DNA of 64,000 nt from Opitutales bacterium (GTDB lineage Bacteria > Verrucomicrobiota > Verrucomicrobiia > Opitutales > Oceanipulchritudinaceae): positions 49,714 to 113,713 of the forward strand of contig JAFGCZ010000001.1 in assembly GCA_016932335.1 (NCBI GenBank), read 5' to 3'. Every line of letters starts with the position of its first letter. The first letter of the stretch is position 1. The notes under the pieces are model-generated. The model had not been told where the DNA came from and made no database searches. It saw nothing but the letters and a program-made list of their open reading frames with translations. Made by a program: the position numbers and the translations under genes. Shown here piece by piece: positions 17,726-27,271 of the stretch.

Positions 17726-19810
17726 TTACTTTGTTTCTTTGGCGTCCTCTGCAGCTTTGATTACTTTCTGCATGATATCCCGGGGCATCTCTTCGTAATG
17801 GCTGAACGATTCCGAGTGCATGCCGCGCCCGCCTGTCAACGAGCGTAGAGTAGTGCTGTAGCGATAAAGTTCCATCTGAGGAACCTGGGCATTGATTGCC
17901 TGAAAAGTCCCTTCGGTGTCCATCCCGGATATCTTGCCTCGTCGGCTGGAAATATCCCCGATGACATCTCCCATAAACTCATCCGGCACTTTTACCGTAA
18001 TATTGTAGATTGGCTCCAACATTACCGGCTTGGCCGCCATAAAGGCTTCTTTGAAGGCGGCTTTCCCTGCTATTTGGAAAGCCACATCCTTGGAGTCAAC
18101 CGGGTGCATTTTTCCATCGTAAAAGTCAATTTTGATATCAGTTACTTTGTAGCCTGCTAAAATACCTTCTTCACAGGCGCTGTTGACCCCCTTCTCCACA
18201 CTGGGCACAAATACTCGGTCAACATTTTGCCCGACAAGGCTTTCGGTAAATTCCACGCCGCTGTCGCGTTCTTTGGGCTCAATGCGCATCCATACCTCGG
18301 CAAATTGGCCGGCGCCACCGGATTGTTTCTTATGACGGTATTTACTTTCGCCTTTGCTGCGGATGGTTTCTCGGAAGGGGATGCGGGGTTCCATTAGCTC
18401 AATATCCGCACCAAAACGCCGTTTCAGACGGCTGATGATTACCTCCAGGTGTAGCTCTCCCTGCCCTCCGATAATTGTCTGATGGATTTCCGGATCGTTG
18501 CGGTAGATAAAGGTTGGGTCCTCTTCGTGCAAGGTGCTTAAGCCTTCGCCCACTTTTTCTTCATCACCCTTATTTTTAATACGTATAGCGGCGTGAATAT
18601 TGGGTGTCGGGTATATCACTTTGGGGAGTGTCAGCGCCAGTGCCGGATTGCACAGTGTGTTTCCGGTATGGGTATCTTTCAACTTAACGGTAACACCTAT
18701 ATCGCCTGCGCCGAGGCGATCTACGGCCATTCGCTCGTGACCCTGCATGGCAAACACCGGCCCCACTTTTTCGTTGAGCTTGCGGTCCGAATTATAAAGC
18801 TCTGTTCCCGGTTGAATTGAACCGCTATAGAGCCGGAAGAACGACAACTCGCCGACATGAGGCTCACTGATGGTCTTCCATACATAAAAACATGGCTTGT
18901 CAGAATCCAGTTTTACCTCGCAGTCAGTGCCCGAAGCGTCTACGGCCTCCACTATTTTGCGGTCAACCGGGCTGGACCCGTATTTGGCGATGATATCCAG
19001 CAGGCGGGCAATACCCACGCATTTGGTGGCGCTGGTGGTAAATACTGGAATAAAGGTCTCTGCCTGAATCGCTGCGTGCAGACCGTCGCGCAGGTCATCC
19101 TCGCTTAAGCCGTCGTTCTCAAAAAACTTCTCCATGAGGGATTCATCGCCTTCTGCTACATACTCAATGATCTGTTGGTGCAGCTCGCGCGCTTTATCCT
19201 TCCATTCTCCTTCGGCCGGTTTTTCGTCGAACTTACCGCTGCCGTCCTGCGCATACGTGGAGACGGACAGCCGCATGGCATCCAGCACCTGATTGAATTG
19301 AGGCCCTGGGTTAACCGGTACGTTCATGGGTTGAATGTTGTTCCCGAAATGGCTGCGCAATTCCGCGATCAATTCGTCGAAATTGCGGGCATGTTCTTTA
19401 TCCAGCCCATTGATGACGATAAACTTGGGGATTTTGTAGCGTGTGGCATATTCCCAGACTTGGTGTGTGCCCAATTCCACGCCACTGGCGGCGTTAATGA
19501 CGACCAGTGCAAAATCACCGACACGTAACGCGCCCAGGCCTTCACTGATGAAGTCGAGGTAACCCGGGGTGTCGATGATGTTACATTTTTTATCCAGCCA
19601 TTCGGTGTGCATAAGCGATGCATGCACAGATATCTGCCGCTCCTTTTCACTCGCGTGGTAATCGCTTACAGTGGACCCCTCTGCTATATTTCCCAAACGA
19701 TTTATTTTTCCACTGGTCAGCAGCATCGCTTCACAGAGCATTGTTTTGCCGCTGGCTTGGTGGCCTACTATAGCAAAGTTCCTGATATCGGCAGGTTCAT
19801 ATGACTTCAT
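17726..19810 (-). CDS. Elongation factor G paralogue (translational GTPase), stand-alone
   Basis: G1 is AIVGHQASGKT and G3 is DTPGYLDF. The G4 position reads NGLD instead of NKxD. EF-G domains II-V are recognisable (e.g. GELHLEV, YRHKKQSGGAGQFA, MEPIY). The start was chosen at MKSYEPADIRNF (ATG 19810); the ORF track extends to 19864. Confidence 0.85.
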   Translation of the reverse strand: MKSYEPADIRNFAIVGHQASGKTMLCEAMLLTSGKINRLGNIAEGSTVSDYHASEKERQISVHASLMHTEWLDKKCNIIDTPGYLDFISEGLGALRVGDFALVVINAASGVELGTHQVWEYATRYKIPKFIVINGLDKEHARNFDELIAELRSHFGNNIQPMNVPVNPGPQFNQVLDAMRLSVSTYAQDGSGKFDEKPAEGEWKDKARELHQQIIEYVAEGDESLMEKFFENDGLSEDDLRDGLHAAIQAETFIPVFTTSATKCVGIARLLDIIAKYGSSPVDRKIVEAVDASGTDCEVKLDSDKPCFYVWKTISEPHVGELSFFRLYSGSIQPGTELYNSDRKLNEKVGPVFAMQGHERMAVDRLGAGDIGVTVKLKDTHTGNTLCNPALALTLPKVIYPTPNIHAAIRIKNKGDEEKVGEGLSTLHEEDPTFIYRNDPEIHQTIIGGQGELHLEVIISRLKRRFGADIELMEPRIPFRETIRSKGESKYRHKKQSGGAGQFAEVWMRIEPKERDSGVEFTESLVGQNVDRVFVPSVEKGVNSACEEGILAGYKVTDIKIDFYDGKMHPVDSKDVAFQIAGKAAFKEAFMAAKPVMLEPIYNITVKVPDEFMGDVIGDISSRRGKISGMDTEGTFQAINAQVPQMELYRYSTTLRSLTGGRGMHSESFSHYEEMPRDIMQKVIKAAEDAKETK

Positions 19811-19959
19811 AAGGTGGGGTATCCTTGAGGTTATTAGGGTTAGTGGTGTCGCGAAAAAGAACAAATGCCATCGTCTGATAGCGTTCGCTCATCATGTTCG
19901 ATTTTCCCGTGCCTGTCAATAAACCTGAACCGTTTTCAGTGTCCGATACGAAATAAACG

Positions 19960-22689
19960 TTAGGCCTTTTCTGCTCTGGCCACTGCGTAGCGCAGAATCA
20001 TGGCAGAAACAGCTTCCACTCTAACCGGTTTCGTCAGGTAATCATCCATTCCGGCCTGCAGGCACTTCATGCGATCGCCTTCCATGGCATGTGCTGTCAT
20101 GGCGATAATCGGCGTATGCCCGCTGCTTTCCTCCTGGCGAATCTTTTGCGTTGCCTCGTAGCCGTCGAGTACCGGCATCTGGCAATCCATAAAAACAATG
20201 TCGTAGGTGTTTTTTCTGACTTCGGCCACCGCTTCGCTGCCGTTGCTGGCTTTGTCTACTTCGCAGCCAAGGCGTTCCAGCAGGAGGGTTGCGACCTTCA
20301 TATTCACCCGGTTGTCTTCCACCAGCAAAATCCTCAGTCCTTTGGGAATGCACTGGGGGCTTTCTTCATCGCTTGCCCCTCCAGATGGTTGGCCGCCGAT
20401 AAGCTCCGTGTGCAGTTCTTTTTCCAGAACTGATTCAATGACTTCACTTTCCTTGGGCTTATTGCCTGGTGTTGAGGTATTCAGCAGCTTATTGATGGTT
20501 TCCAGCAGTTGGTGCTCACGTATAGGCCGATTAACGGAAATATCGAAGCCCAGCTTTTTTAATTGATAACCGCCAAGGTGCTTGCTGATGGGGCAGAGGA
20601 GCAGTTTCTTAAAGGGGTCGCCGGCATTCAAGCGCTCCAGTAGATTGATTTCATGGCGTACGGCCTCATCTGTGTTGTCTGAGATGAAGAGGGTGTAAGG
20701 TTCTCCCATTTCGCTGGCATGAACCACTTCCTGCTGTGCCTGCTGGAAATCCATAACTGAAGTGGTTGGAATGTTTTGCCCTTTCATATAATCCTTGAGC
20801 ACATTTTCGCTGGCTTTCTCATTGAGTAAAAGCAACAGTTTGATGTCACTTGGATCTATTTGAGGTGCATCTCCCCTCAGCTCCTCCAGACGTGTCAGTG
20901 GCAGAATCACAGTAAAAGTAGAGCCCTTTCCGGGTTCGCTGATCACAAAGATGTCTCCCCCCATCATCTGTGCCAGTCGCTTGCAAATGGTTAATCCCAA
21001 TCCTGTTCCCTGGTAGCGGCGGCTGCTTGATGCATCTGCCTGAGAGAATTTATCGAAGATGCTTTCCTGCGCGTCCAGAGGAATCCCTACGCCGGTGTCG
21101 TTTACGGATATTTCTATCCAATCATCCTTCCCTAGGCTATCTCTTCCGGGGATCTCTTTTAATTGGATTTCCACCAATACGCGACCCTCTTCTGTGAATT
21201 TTACAGCATTGCCGACAAGGTTCAGGAGAATCTGTTCCACGCGCAACGGATCTCCCTCAAAACGACGGGGTGTTCCTTGGTGATAGTGGGTCACAACCTC
21301 TATGTTTTTACTGGCCGAATGAAAGGACATTACTTGAGCCGTCTCTTCCATAATGCGCTGAAGATTAAAGGATTTTCGTTCCAGAAATTGAGTTCCCGAT
21401 TCGATTTTCGCAAGGTCCAGCACATCGTTGATGATGCGCAGCAACGTTTCGGAGGACCGGTAAACGGTTCTTGCATAATCGCGCTGTTCCGGGCTCATGC
21501 GCGTGCTCAGCAGCAGTTCAGTCATACCCATGATGCCATTCATCGGAGTGCGGATTTCATGGCTCATATTGGCCAGAAACTGACTTTTTGCCTGATTGGC
21601 GCTCTCTGCATCCTGCTTGGCTTTGGCCAATTCTTTTTCTGCTTTGCGACGCCTGATTATATTGATGGAGAGGACGACAATGATAACCAGAAGACCCCCG
21701 ACAATAATGCAGACCGTCATTAGATATTCGCTCCTGAGGACATAGGTTCCCTCAGCTTTTCCAGATATGATGGCCTCCTCGGGAAGACGGGTGGAGGATA
21801 TCCCGAAGCGATTCAATTCTTCTGCATTCAGTATCAGTCGATGAGTTCCCCTGATGTGTTCCACGGGCTTTCCAGCCCATTGTTTCTCCAGTAATGCAAC
21901 AGCCTCTATTCCACATGCCCGCATATCCTCTACGTAGCCTCCTAATACACCGTGTGGCAGATCGCTTTTGCGAAAGGTTAGTATGGGATGCTGTGGAAGG
22001 TAGCTGCGGATGGTTTCTATGCTCAGTTGATTTCCTCGCCTGTCGGCTATAGGACTGAGCAGAAGCACTGTTCCAGGATCTTTTTTCTGTGCTATTTGCG
22101 CAAAAACAACCTCGGATGGAAGTGCCGATGGCGGATCTATTGCTATTCCCGTGGTTCTGCTGATACCTTCCAGCGCTTCTGTACCTTGTTTCAGGAAAAA
22201 ATCGTTGGAGGGGGTTCCAATGCAGGTGGCGTGTTTTCCCGACGGATAAATTCTCTGAATGAGTTGGAACGTTTTTTCAAGCGGTTGGCTGAGTATGATT
22301 CCAGAATAGTCAGTGCCGTATTCTTTGGCCAGATTATCGCCTATTCTCGTAAAAACAATGGTCAGATTGCTTTCCTTTTGCAGATGTGCCGCGATTTCCA
22401 ACGCATCTGCTCCTGAAGCGATTAAACCACGATATGCTTTTTCTCTCAATGCCTTATGTATCAACTGTTCCTGATCGTCTTCGTTCAGACTGCGATTCAA
22501 GTGAATTACCGTCAGCTCCAAATCTTGCTGCGATTGAGTAATTCCCGATTGAATTCCCTCGATCAGCGCTTGCTGTTCTCCGGGGGCTTCATCACTGCAT
22601 AAAATCATCAATGATTCGGCTTGTACGTATGTGCTTATGCAAGAAATCAGTGCCCCTGTAATGAAAAAAAAGGTGCGTAATGTTGTCAT
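19960..22689 (-). CDS. Hybrid sensor histidine kinase/response regulator with a periplasmic ABC-substrate-binding-like sensor domain
   Basis: The signal peptide is [25 protein letters not shown] ~300-aa periplasmic domain is followed by a TM segment. The H-box is [11 protein letters not shown]. HATPase motifs are NAVKFT, DTGVGI and GTGLGL. The C-terminal receiver carries [21 protein letters not shown] and KP. The ORF track start is TTG 22749; ATG 22716 is also possible. Confidence 0.85.
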   Translation of the reverse strand: MTTLRTFFFITGALISCISTYVQAESLMILCSDEAPGEQQALIEGIQSGITQSQQDLELTVIHLNRSLNEDDQEQLIHKALREKAYRGLIASGADALEIAAHLQKESNLTIVFTRIGDNLAKEYGTDYSGIILSQPLEKTFQLIQRIYPSGKHATCIGTPSNDFFLKQGTEALEGISRTTGIAIDPPSALPSEVVFAQIAQKKDPGTVLLLSPIADRRGNQLSIETIRSYLPQHPILTFRKSDLPHGVLGGYVEDMRACGIEAVALLEKQWAGKPVEHIRGTHRLILNAEELNRFGISSTRLPEEAIISGKAEGTYVLRSEYLMTVCIIVGGLLVIIVVLSINIIRRRKAEKELAKAKQDAESANQAKSQFLANMSHEIRTPMNGIMGMTELLLSTRMSPEQRDYARTVYRSSETLLRIINDVLDLAKIESGTQFLERKSFNLQRIMEETAQVMSFHSASKNIEVVTHYHQGTPRRFEGDPLRVEQILLNLVGNAVKFTEEGRVLVEIQLKEIPGRDSLGKDDWIEISVNDTGVGIPLDAQESIFDKFSQADASSSRRYQGTGLGLTICKRLAQMMGGDIFVISEPGKGSTFTVILPLTRLEELRGDAPQIDPSDIKLLLLLNEKASENVLKDYMKGQNIPTTSVMDFQQAQQEVVHASEMGEPYTLFISDNTDEAVRHEINLLERLNAGDPFKKLLLCPISKHLGGYQLKKLGFDISVNRPIREHQLLETINKLLNTSTPGNKPKESEVIESVLEKELHTELIGGQPSGGASDEESPQCIPKGLRILLVEDNRVNMKVATLLLERLGCEVDKASNGSEAVAEVRKNTYDIVFMDCQMPVLDGYEATQKIRQEESSGHTPIIAMTAHAMEGDRMKCLQAGMDDYLTKPVRVEAVSAMILRYAVARAEKA

Positions 22690-22885
22690 AGACAGATCTT
22701 TAAAGGGAAAACTCATCGTGAGGGATCGGGGATGTACAACCTCTCTCAAAACTGTTTATTTAGAGCGTTTTGGCAATTCTAAACGAATAGCATAAGGAGA
22801 TTTGCTTATTTTGTTTGTTAATTATTACGGATGTGCGTTCATCCCATACACCTCGTTTACTGCATCGTTCAATGTGTAAAAAAAA

Positions 22886-22915
22886 TTGCCTAACACTCCA
22901 TATATCTGCTATACT
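22886..22915 (+). promoter_or_regulatory. Candidate sigma70-like promoter for the acyl-CoA ligase gene (TTGCCT-N18-TATACT)
   Basis: The -35-like hexamer is at 22886-22891 and the -10-like hexamer at 22910-22915, about 24 bp upstream of the ATG at 22939. This is pattern match only. Confidence 0.25.
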
Positions 22916-22938
22916 TTCTTATATCTACTCTTTCATGC

Positions 22939-24570
22939 ATGCAATTGGAATTCTTCACTCTTGAATCGTTATTTCGAAATAGTGTTGACCGCTTTTTTGA
23001 CAAACCGGCCGTGTCCCTTGTGGATGGAACTCCTCTGACCTATGGGGCACTCAATCGAGCAGTCCAGCAGAGAGCTTGTCGGCTTTACTCGCTCGGTGTC
23101 AGGGAGGGGGATCATGTGGCCCTTATTGGCAGCAGTTCTCCAGACTGGGTGATCTCTTATTTCGGGATCATTTGTGTAGGTGCTGTTGTTGTTCCCATCC
23201 TACCGGATTTTACCGGAGAAGCGGTTAACAACATTTTAGAGCATTCGGAATCCCGGGTGTTGATTTCCGATGAAAAGCTTTTTCAAAAACTTGATCATGC
23301 CTCGATGCCCGATCTTCTTGCTGTTGTCAGCCTGACCGGAGATTATCTGGTTGCGCCAGCCGCTTTGCCGGGAAATCTGGAACATTACCCCCGTCCCCGC
23401 CTTTCCGAAAGTGATCTGGCAGCCATCGTCTATACTTCGGGGACGACTGGTTTGTCAAAAGGCGTAATGCTGACGCACCGCAATATCGTATCTAATGCCT
23501 TGGCAGGGAATTCTATTGTCCAGGTCGAATCTTCCGATGTATTCCTTTCTATTTTGCCTCTGGCGCATACCTACGAATGTACTTTCGGTATGATCTTTGC
23601 CCTGCACAACGGCGCCTCTATCTATTATTTGGGGCGTCGTCCAACCGCGAGCATTCTGCTTCCAGCGTTGGCAAAAATCCGGCCCACATATATGCTTTCG
23701 GTTCCTCTGGTGATTGAAAAAATCTTCAAATTGCAGATCCAGCCCAAACTGGAGGCGCACGCCGCAACGCGTTTTCTTATGAAACTGCCTCCTTTGCGTG
23801 TGCTGTTGCACCGGATGGCCGGCAAAAAGCTATATGGTGTTTTCGGTGGCAAACTAAAATTTTTCGGAATCGGAGGCGCTCCTCTGGCTCCTGATGTGGA
23901 GCGTTTTCTCCGTGACGCCCGTTTTCCGTATGCCATTGGTTATGGCTTAACAGAGACATCACCGCTGATTGCCGGTTGTTGCCCGCGTCTAACTCGATAT
24001 CGATCAACAGGGCCGGCCATTGAGGGGGTGGAGGTTAAAATAGATAACTCTGTTCCCGGGCTCTCTCATGGAGAGATTTGGGTCAAGGGACCCAATGTTA
24101 TGCGTGGCTATTTCAAGAACAAAGAAGCTACCGACAACGTTTTTACAGAAGATGGCTGGTTCCGCACCGGAGATTTGGGCGAGTTTTCCGCCTGTGGCTA
24201 CCTCTACATTAAGGGGCGCCTGAAAAATATGCTTTTGGGGCCCAGTGGAGAGAATATTTATCCAGAGGAAATTGAAGCCTTGCTGGCTCGATTCCCTTCT
24301 GTTCTTGAAAGCGTAGTCGTGCAAAATCTAGGCAAGCTGGTGGCCCGAGTCCACCTGAACCGGGATGAGCTCCTGCGTCGTTATCAGTTGCTCAAAGAAA
24401 AAGAAAAAGCCTTTGAGGATTATGTTCAGGAGCATCTGGAAGACATTCGCAGAAAAGCCAATCAAAGCTTGGCAACCTTTTCCCGGTTGCAATTGATTAT
24501 TGAGCAAATGGAACCTTTTGAGAAAACCCCGACAAACAAAATAAAGCGGTTTATCTATGCTTCTGCATGA
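22939..24570 (+). CDS. AMP-dependent acyl-CoA synthetase/ligase (long-chain-fatty-acid--CoA ligase-like)
   Basis: The AMP-binding motif is YTSGTTGLSKGVMLTHRN. Other family motifs are GYGLTETS, TGDLG and the C-terminal PTNKIKR. Confidence 0.85.
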   Translation: MQLEFFTLESLFRNSVDRFFDKPAVSLVDGTPLTYGALNRAVQQRACRLYSLGVREGDHVALIGSSSPDWVISYFGIICVGAVVVPILPDFTGEAVNNILEHSESRVLISDEKLFQKLDHASMPDLLAVVSLTGDYLVAPAALPGNLEHYPRPRLSESDLAAIVYTSGTTGLSKGVMLTHRNIVSNALAGNSIVQVESSDVFLSILPLAHTYECTFGMIFALHNGASIYYLGRRPTASILLPALAKIRPTYMLSVPLVIEKIFKLQIQPKLEAHAATRFLMKLPPLRVLLHRMAGKKLYGVFGGKLKFFGIGGAPLAPDVERFLRDARFPYAIGYGLTETSPLIAGCCPRLTRYRSTGPAIEGVEVKIDNSVPGLSHGEIWVKGPNVMRGYFKNKEATDNVFTEDGWFRTGDLGEFSACGYLYIKGRLKNMLLGPSGENIYPEEIEALLARFPSVLESVVVQNLGKLVARVHLNRDELLRRYQLLKEKEKAFEDYVQEHLEDIRRKANQSLATFSRLQLIIEQMEPFEKTPTNKIKRFIYASA

Positions 24571-24717
24571 TTTTTGAGTAATATAATAGACTTGTTTTCA
24601 GAAGATTACAATTGACGAAAAAGAACTGCGGAGGCATATATTTCTGCGGTGTCGGCGCATCTTCCGGCATTTTTTTGGAGGATTCTATCCTCTCTGTTTT
24701 CCAGACTGCCTTAAAGA

Positions 24718-25074
24718 ATGAATATTGCGATTATAGATGATTCCTCCTTTTCGCGTCGCCAGTTACGGCGCGTTCTTCTTGAAGCTTTTCCCCAGGCCGT
24801 TTTTATTGAATTCTCTTCAGGAAATGAAGCCATCGAAAAGCTTCCTCAGGCAAAGGTTGATCTGATTACACTGGATTTGGTTATGCCACCCCCCGGAGGA
24901 ATGGAGGTATTAGAGGAACTTCGTTCCAAGGGTGTAGCTACTCCCATTTTTATCGTTTCCGCAGATATTCAGGAGAGTACTCAACATCGCTGTTTTGAAT
25001 TAGGCTGTAGCGGCTTTCTTGAGAAACCGCTTACCGCATCGAAACTTCATGTTCTGAAAGACGCACTTGCTTGA
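24718..25074 (+). CDS. Single-domain CheY-like response regulator
   Basis: Receiver motifs are IIDDSS, LITLDLVMP, IVSAD and LEKP. The stop overlaps the start of the next gene (ATGA at 25071-25074). Confidence 0.9.
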   Translation: MNIAIIDDSSFSRRQLRRVLLEAFPQAVFIEFSSGNEAIEKLPQAKVDLITLDLVMPPPGGMEVLEELRSKGVATPIFIVSADIQESTQHRCFELGCSGFLEKPLTASKLHVLKDALA

Positions 25075-25679
25075 TGGACGAGCTGGCACAACTCTTTTCG
25101 GATGCGGCAAAAGATGCCTTTCTGGAGATTTCCAACATAGGTATTGGCAGAGCTGCCGCAACAATGTCCGATTTAGTAGGGCGCCGCGTCAATATTGCTG
25201 TTCCCGAGTTGAGCTTTCATCATATTGGTGAGTGTTGCCCTTTTAAAGGGTTTGCTGACTGCGCCACCGTCCAGGTTCGGCAAAGTTTCTATGGAGAGCT
25301 GTCCGGTGAGGCTATTTTGGCCTTGAGTAAACAGGGCGCAATTTGCCTTGCACGCTTGTTGCTGGATGAAGTCGATATGGAGGATGCCTTCGGCGACAAC
25401 GAACAGGGTGCGATTCTTGAAACAGGAAACATCATGATCGGCGGATTGGTCGGCAAGCTGTCCAACACGCTGTCGCTTTCACTCAGTTATGAGATTCCAG
25501 AAATTCACCTGAAGGGGGATAGTGCAATTTCTTCCGATAAATTGCCTGTGAAAACGTGTATGGTGGTGATTCAGGCAAGACTCACAGTCGACAATGAGGA
25601 TGTCACTAGTTATCTTGTGCTCCTGCTAACCGTAGAGAATTTTAAAACCCTTATCTCCAGGCTTAATTCAATCCTTTAA
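25071..25679 (+). CDS. CheC-family (CheY-P phosphatase-like) protein
   Basis: Two copies of the CheC active-site signature are present. The first is D15-x3-E19-x2-N22-x22-P45 (DAFLEISN...P). The second is E117-x2-N120-x22-P143 (ILETGN...P). At ~200 aa the protein is typical CheC size. Confidence 0.75.
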   Translation: MMDELAQLFSDAAKDAFLEISNIGIGRAAATMSDLVGRRVNIAVPELSFHHIGECCPFKGFADCATVQVRQSFYGELSGEAILALSKQGAICLARLLLDEVDMEDAFGDNEQGAILETGNIMIGGLVGKLSNTLSLSLSYEIPEIHLKGDSAISSDKLPVKTCMVVIQARLTVDNEDVTSYLVLLLTVENFKTLISRLNSIL

Positions 25680-27271
25680 TGAGTTCTCCTTGCCAGCCCG
25701 AATCTGAAGCAATCCTTTCAACATTGCCTTACGGTTATCTATTGCTCGATTCTGAGAATTCTATTCTGGTCTGGAACCCCTGGCTGGAAAAACACACTGG
25801 GATCGCTAAGGAAAATGCCGTGGGAAAGGCTCTGACAGAGGTTATCCAAATTCAGCCTTCCAAATTAAATTTCCTTAAGCTGGCCCGTGAGCAAAATCGG
25901 CCCTACATCCTTTCGGCAAAGCTGCATGGCGCATTCCTGCAAATCCCCCTCAAGGAAACCAATATCAGCGGCTTTTCTTTTATGCAGCAGGAAACACACA
26001 TCCTGCCACTCCAGGGTGGAAGTGGTTCCATTGGTATCTGTATCCGTGATGTGACCGCTACGAGTGTGGGAGAAAAACGTGTAAAATCCCTTAAAAAGGC
26101 GCTCGATCAGGCGATTGAGGCTGCAGAGAGTGCCAACCGGGCCAAAAGCGATTTTCTGGCCATGATCAGCCACGATATCCGCACCCCAATGAATGGTGTT
26201 CTCGGTTTCACTGAGTTGATGTTGGCATCCTCTCTGGATAATGAGCAGGAGGAATACCTGCTGTCCATCAAGTCCAGCGCTAAAATGCTGATTACCTTAC
26301 TTAATGACATCCTTGATTTTAGTAAAATGGAGGCCGGAAAAATGCAGATTCTGGTCAGACCTTTTAAGCCGGCAGATATTATTCGCGAAAGCATACAACT
26401 GCTTCGTCTCGATGCTCAGGATAAGGCTGTCGAATTACTCACGCGTATAGAACCCGATGTTCCTGAAATCGTTCTAGGAGATCCCGTAAGGTTCCAGCAG
26501 GTGGTTATTAATCTGGTCAGCAATTCTGTTAAATTTACAGAAAGAGGATCGGTTACCGTTTCCATGTCTTGTAAGCCTGTAGATGCCTCAGGTTGTTCCA
26601 TACACGTTTCTGTTAAGGATACTGGCATTGGAATGCGCTCGGATGCGATTCAAAGCCTGTTCAATCCTTACGTTCGTCTGGATGATGTTGTTACCCGAAG
26701 AAAGGCGGGAACGGGGCTTGGTCTGGTTATCTCAAGACGCCTCTGTCAGGCAATGGGTGGAGATATTTCTGTTTCCAGTGAATATGGGAAAGGCTCGGAG
26801 TTTAATTTTAATATACTGGCTCACTATACAGAAGACCAGCGCGTTGTTGAGCCTGCGGCAGATCAGGATTTGGCCCTCCATATTGCTCCGGATTTGCGCA
26901 TTGCTCTTGTTGACGACAGCCCCACCAATCGAAAACTATCCCGTCTTCTGTTGCGTAAGTTAGGACTGGAGATCACCGCATTGGAATCGGCTTCAGCTCT
27001 TTTTGAGCTGCTCCGCAAAGAGACGTTTGACCTTGTTTTTATGGATGTTCAAATGCCCGATATTGACGGGTTGGAGGCAACTCAGAAAATTCGCAGTGGA
27101 GAAGCAGGCGCTCTCAATGCCAATGTCCGTATTTGTGCCTTGACCGCTTTGGCCATGACCGATGACCGCGATCACTGTATGGAGGCAGGGATGAATGATT
27201 ACCTCGCCAAACCCCTTAATATTGGTGAGCTGCGTAAACTGTTGGCAACCGTATCACCTTCAGGTCGTTGA
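25679..27271 (+). CDS. Cytoplasmic PAS-containing hybrid histidine kinase (PAS-HisKA-HATPase-REC)
   Basis: No TM segment is evident. The N-terminus is PAS-like (LPYGYLLLDSENSILVWNPWLEKHTGI). The H-box is SHDIRTPMNGV. HATPase motifs are NSVKFT, DTGIGM and GTGLGL. Receiver motifs are ALVDDSP, DLVFMDVQMPDIDG and AKP. The start overlaps the CheC stop (TAATG). Confidence 0.9.
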   Translation: MSSPCQPESEAILSTLPYGYLLLDSENSILVWNPWLEKHTGIAKENAVGKALTEVIQIQPSKLNFLKLAREQNRPYILSAKLHGAFLQIPLKETNISGFSFMQQETHILPLQGGSGSIGICIRDVTATSVGEKRVKSLKKALDQAIEAAESANRAKSDFLAMISHDIRTPMNGVLGFTELMLASSLDNEQEEYLLSIKSSAKMLITLLNDILDFSKMEAGKMQILVRPFKPADIIRESIQLLRLDAQDKAVELLTRIEPDVPEIVLGDPVRFQQVVINLVSNSVKFTERGSVTVSMSCKPVDASGCSIHVSVKDTGIGMRSDAIQSLFNPYVRLDDVVTRRKAGTGLGLVISRRLCQAMGGDISVSSEYGKGSEFNFNILAHYTEDQRVVEPAADQDLALHIAPDLRIALVDDSPTNRKLSRLLLRKLGLEITALESASALFELLRKETFDLVFMDVQMPDIDGLEATQKIRSGEAGALNANVRICALTALAMTDDRDHCMEAGMNDYLAKPLNIGELRKLLATVSPSGR

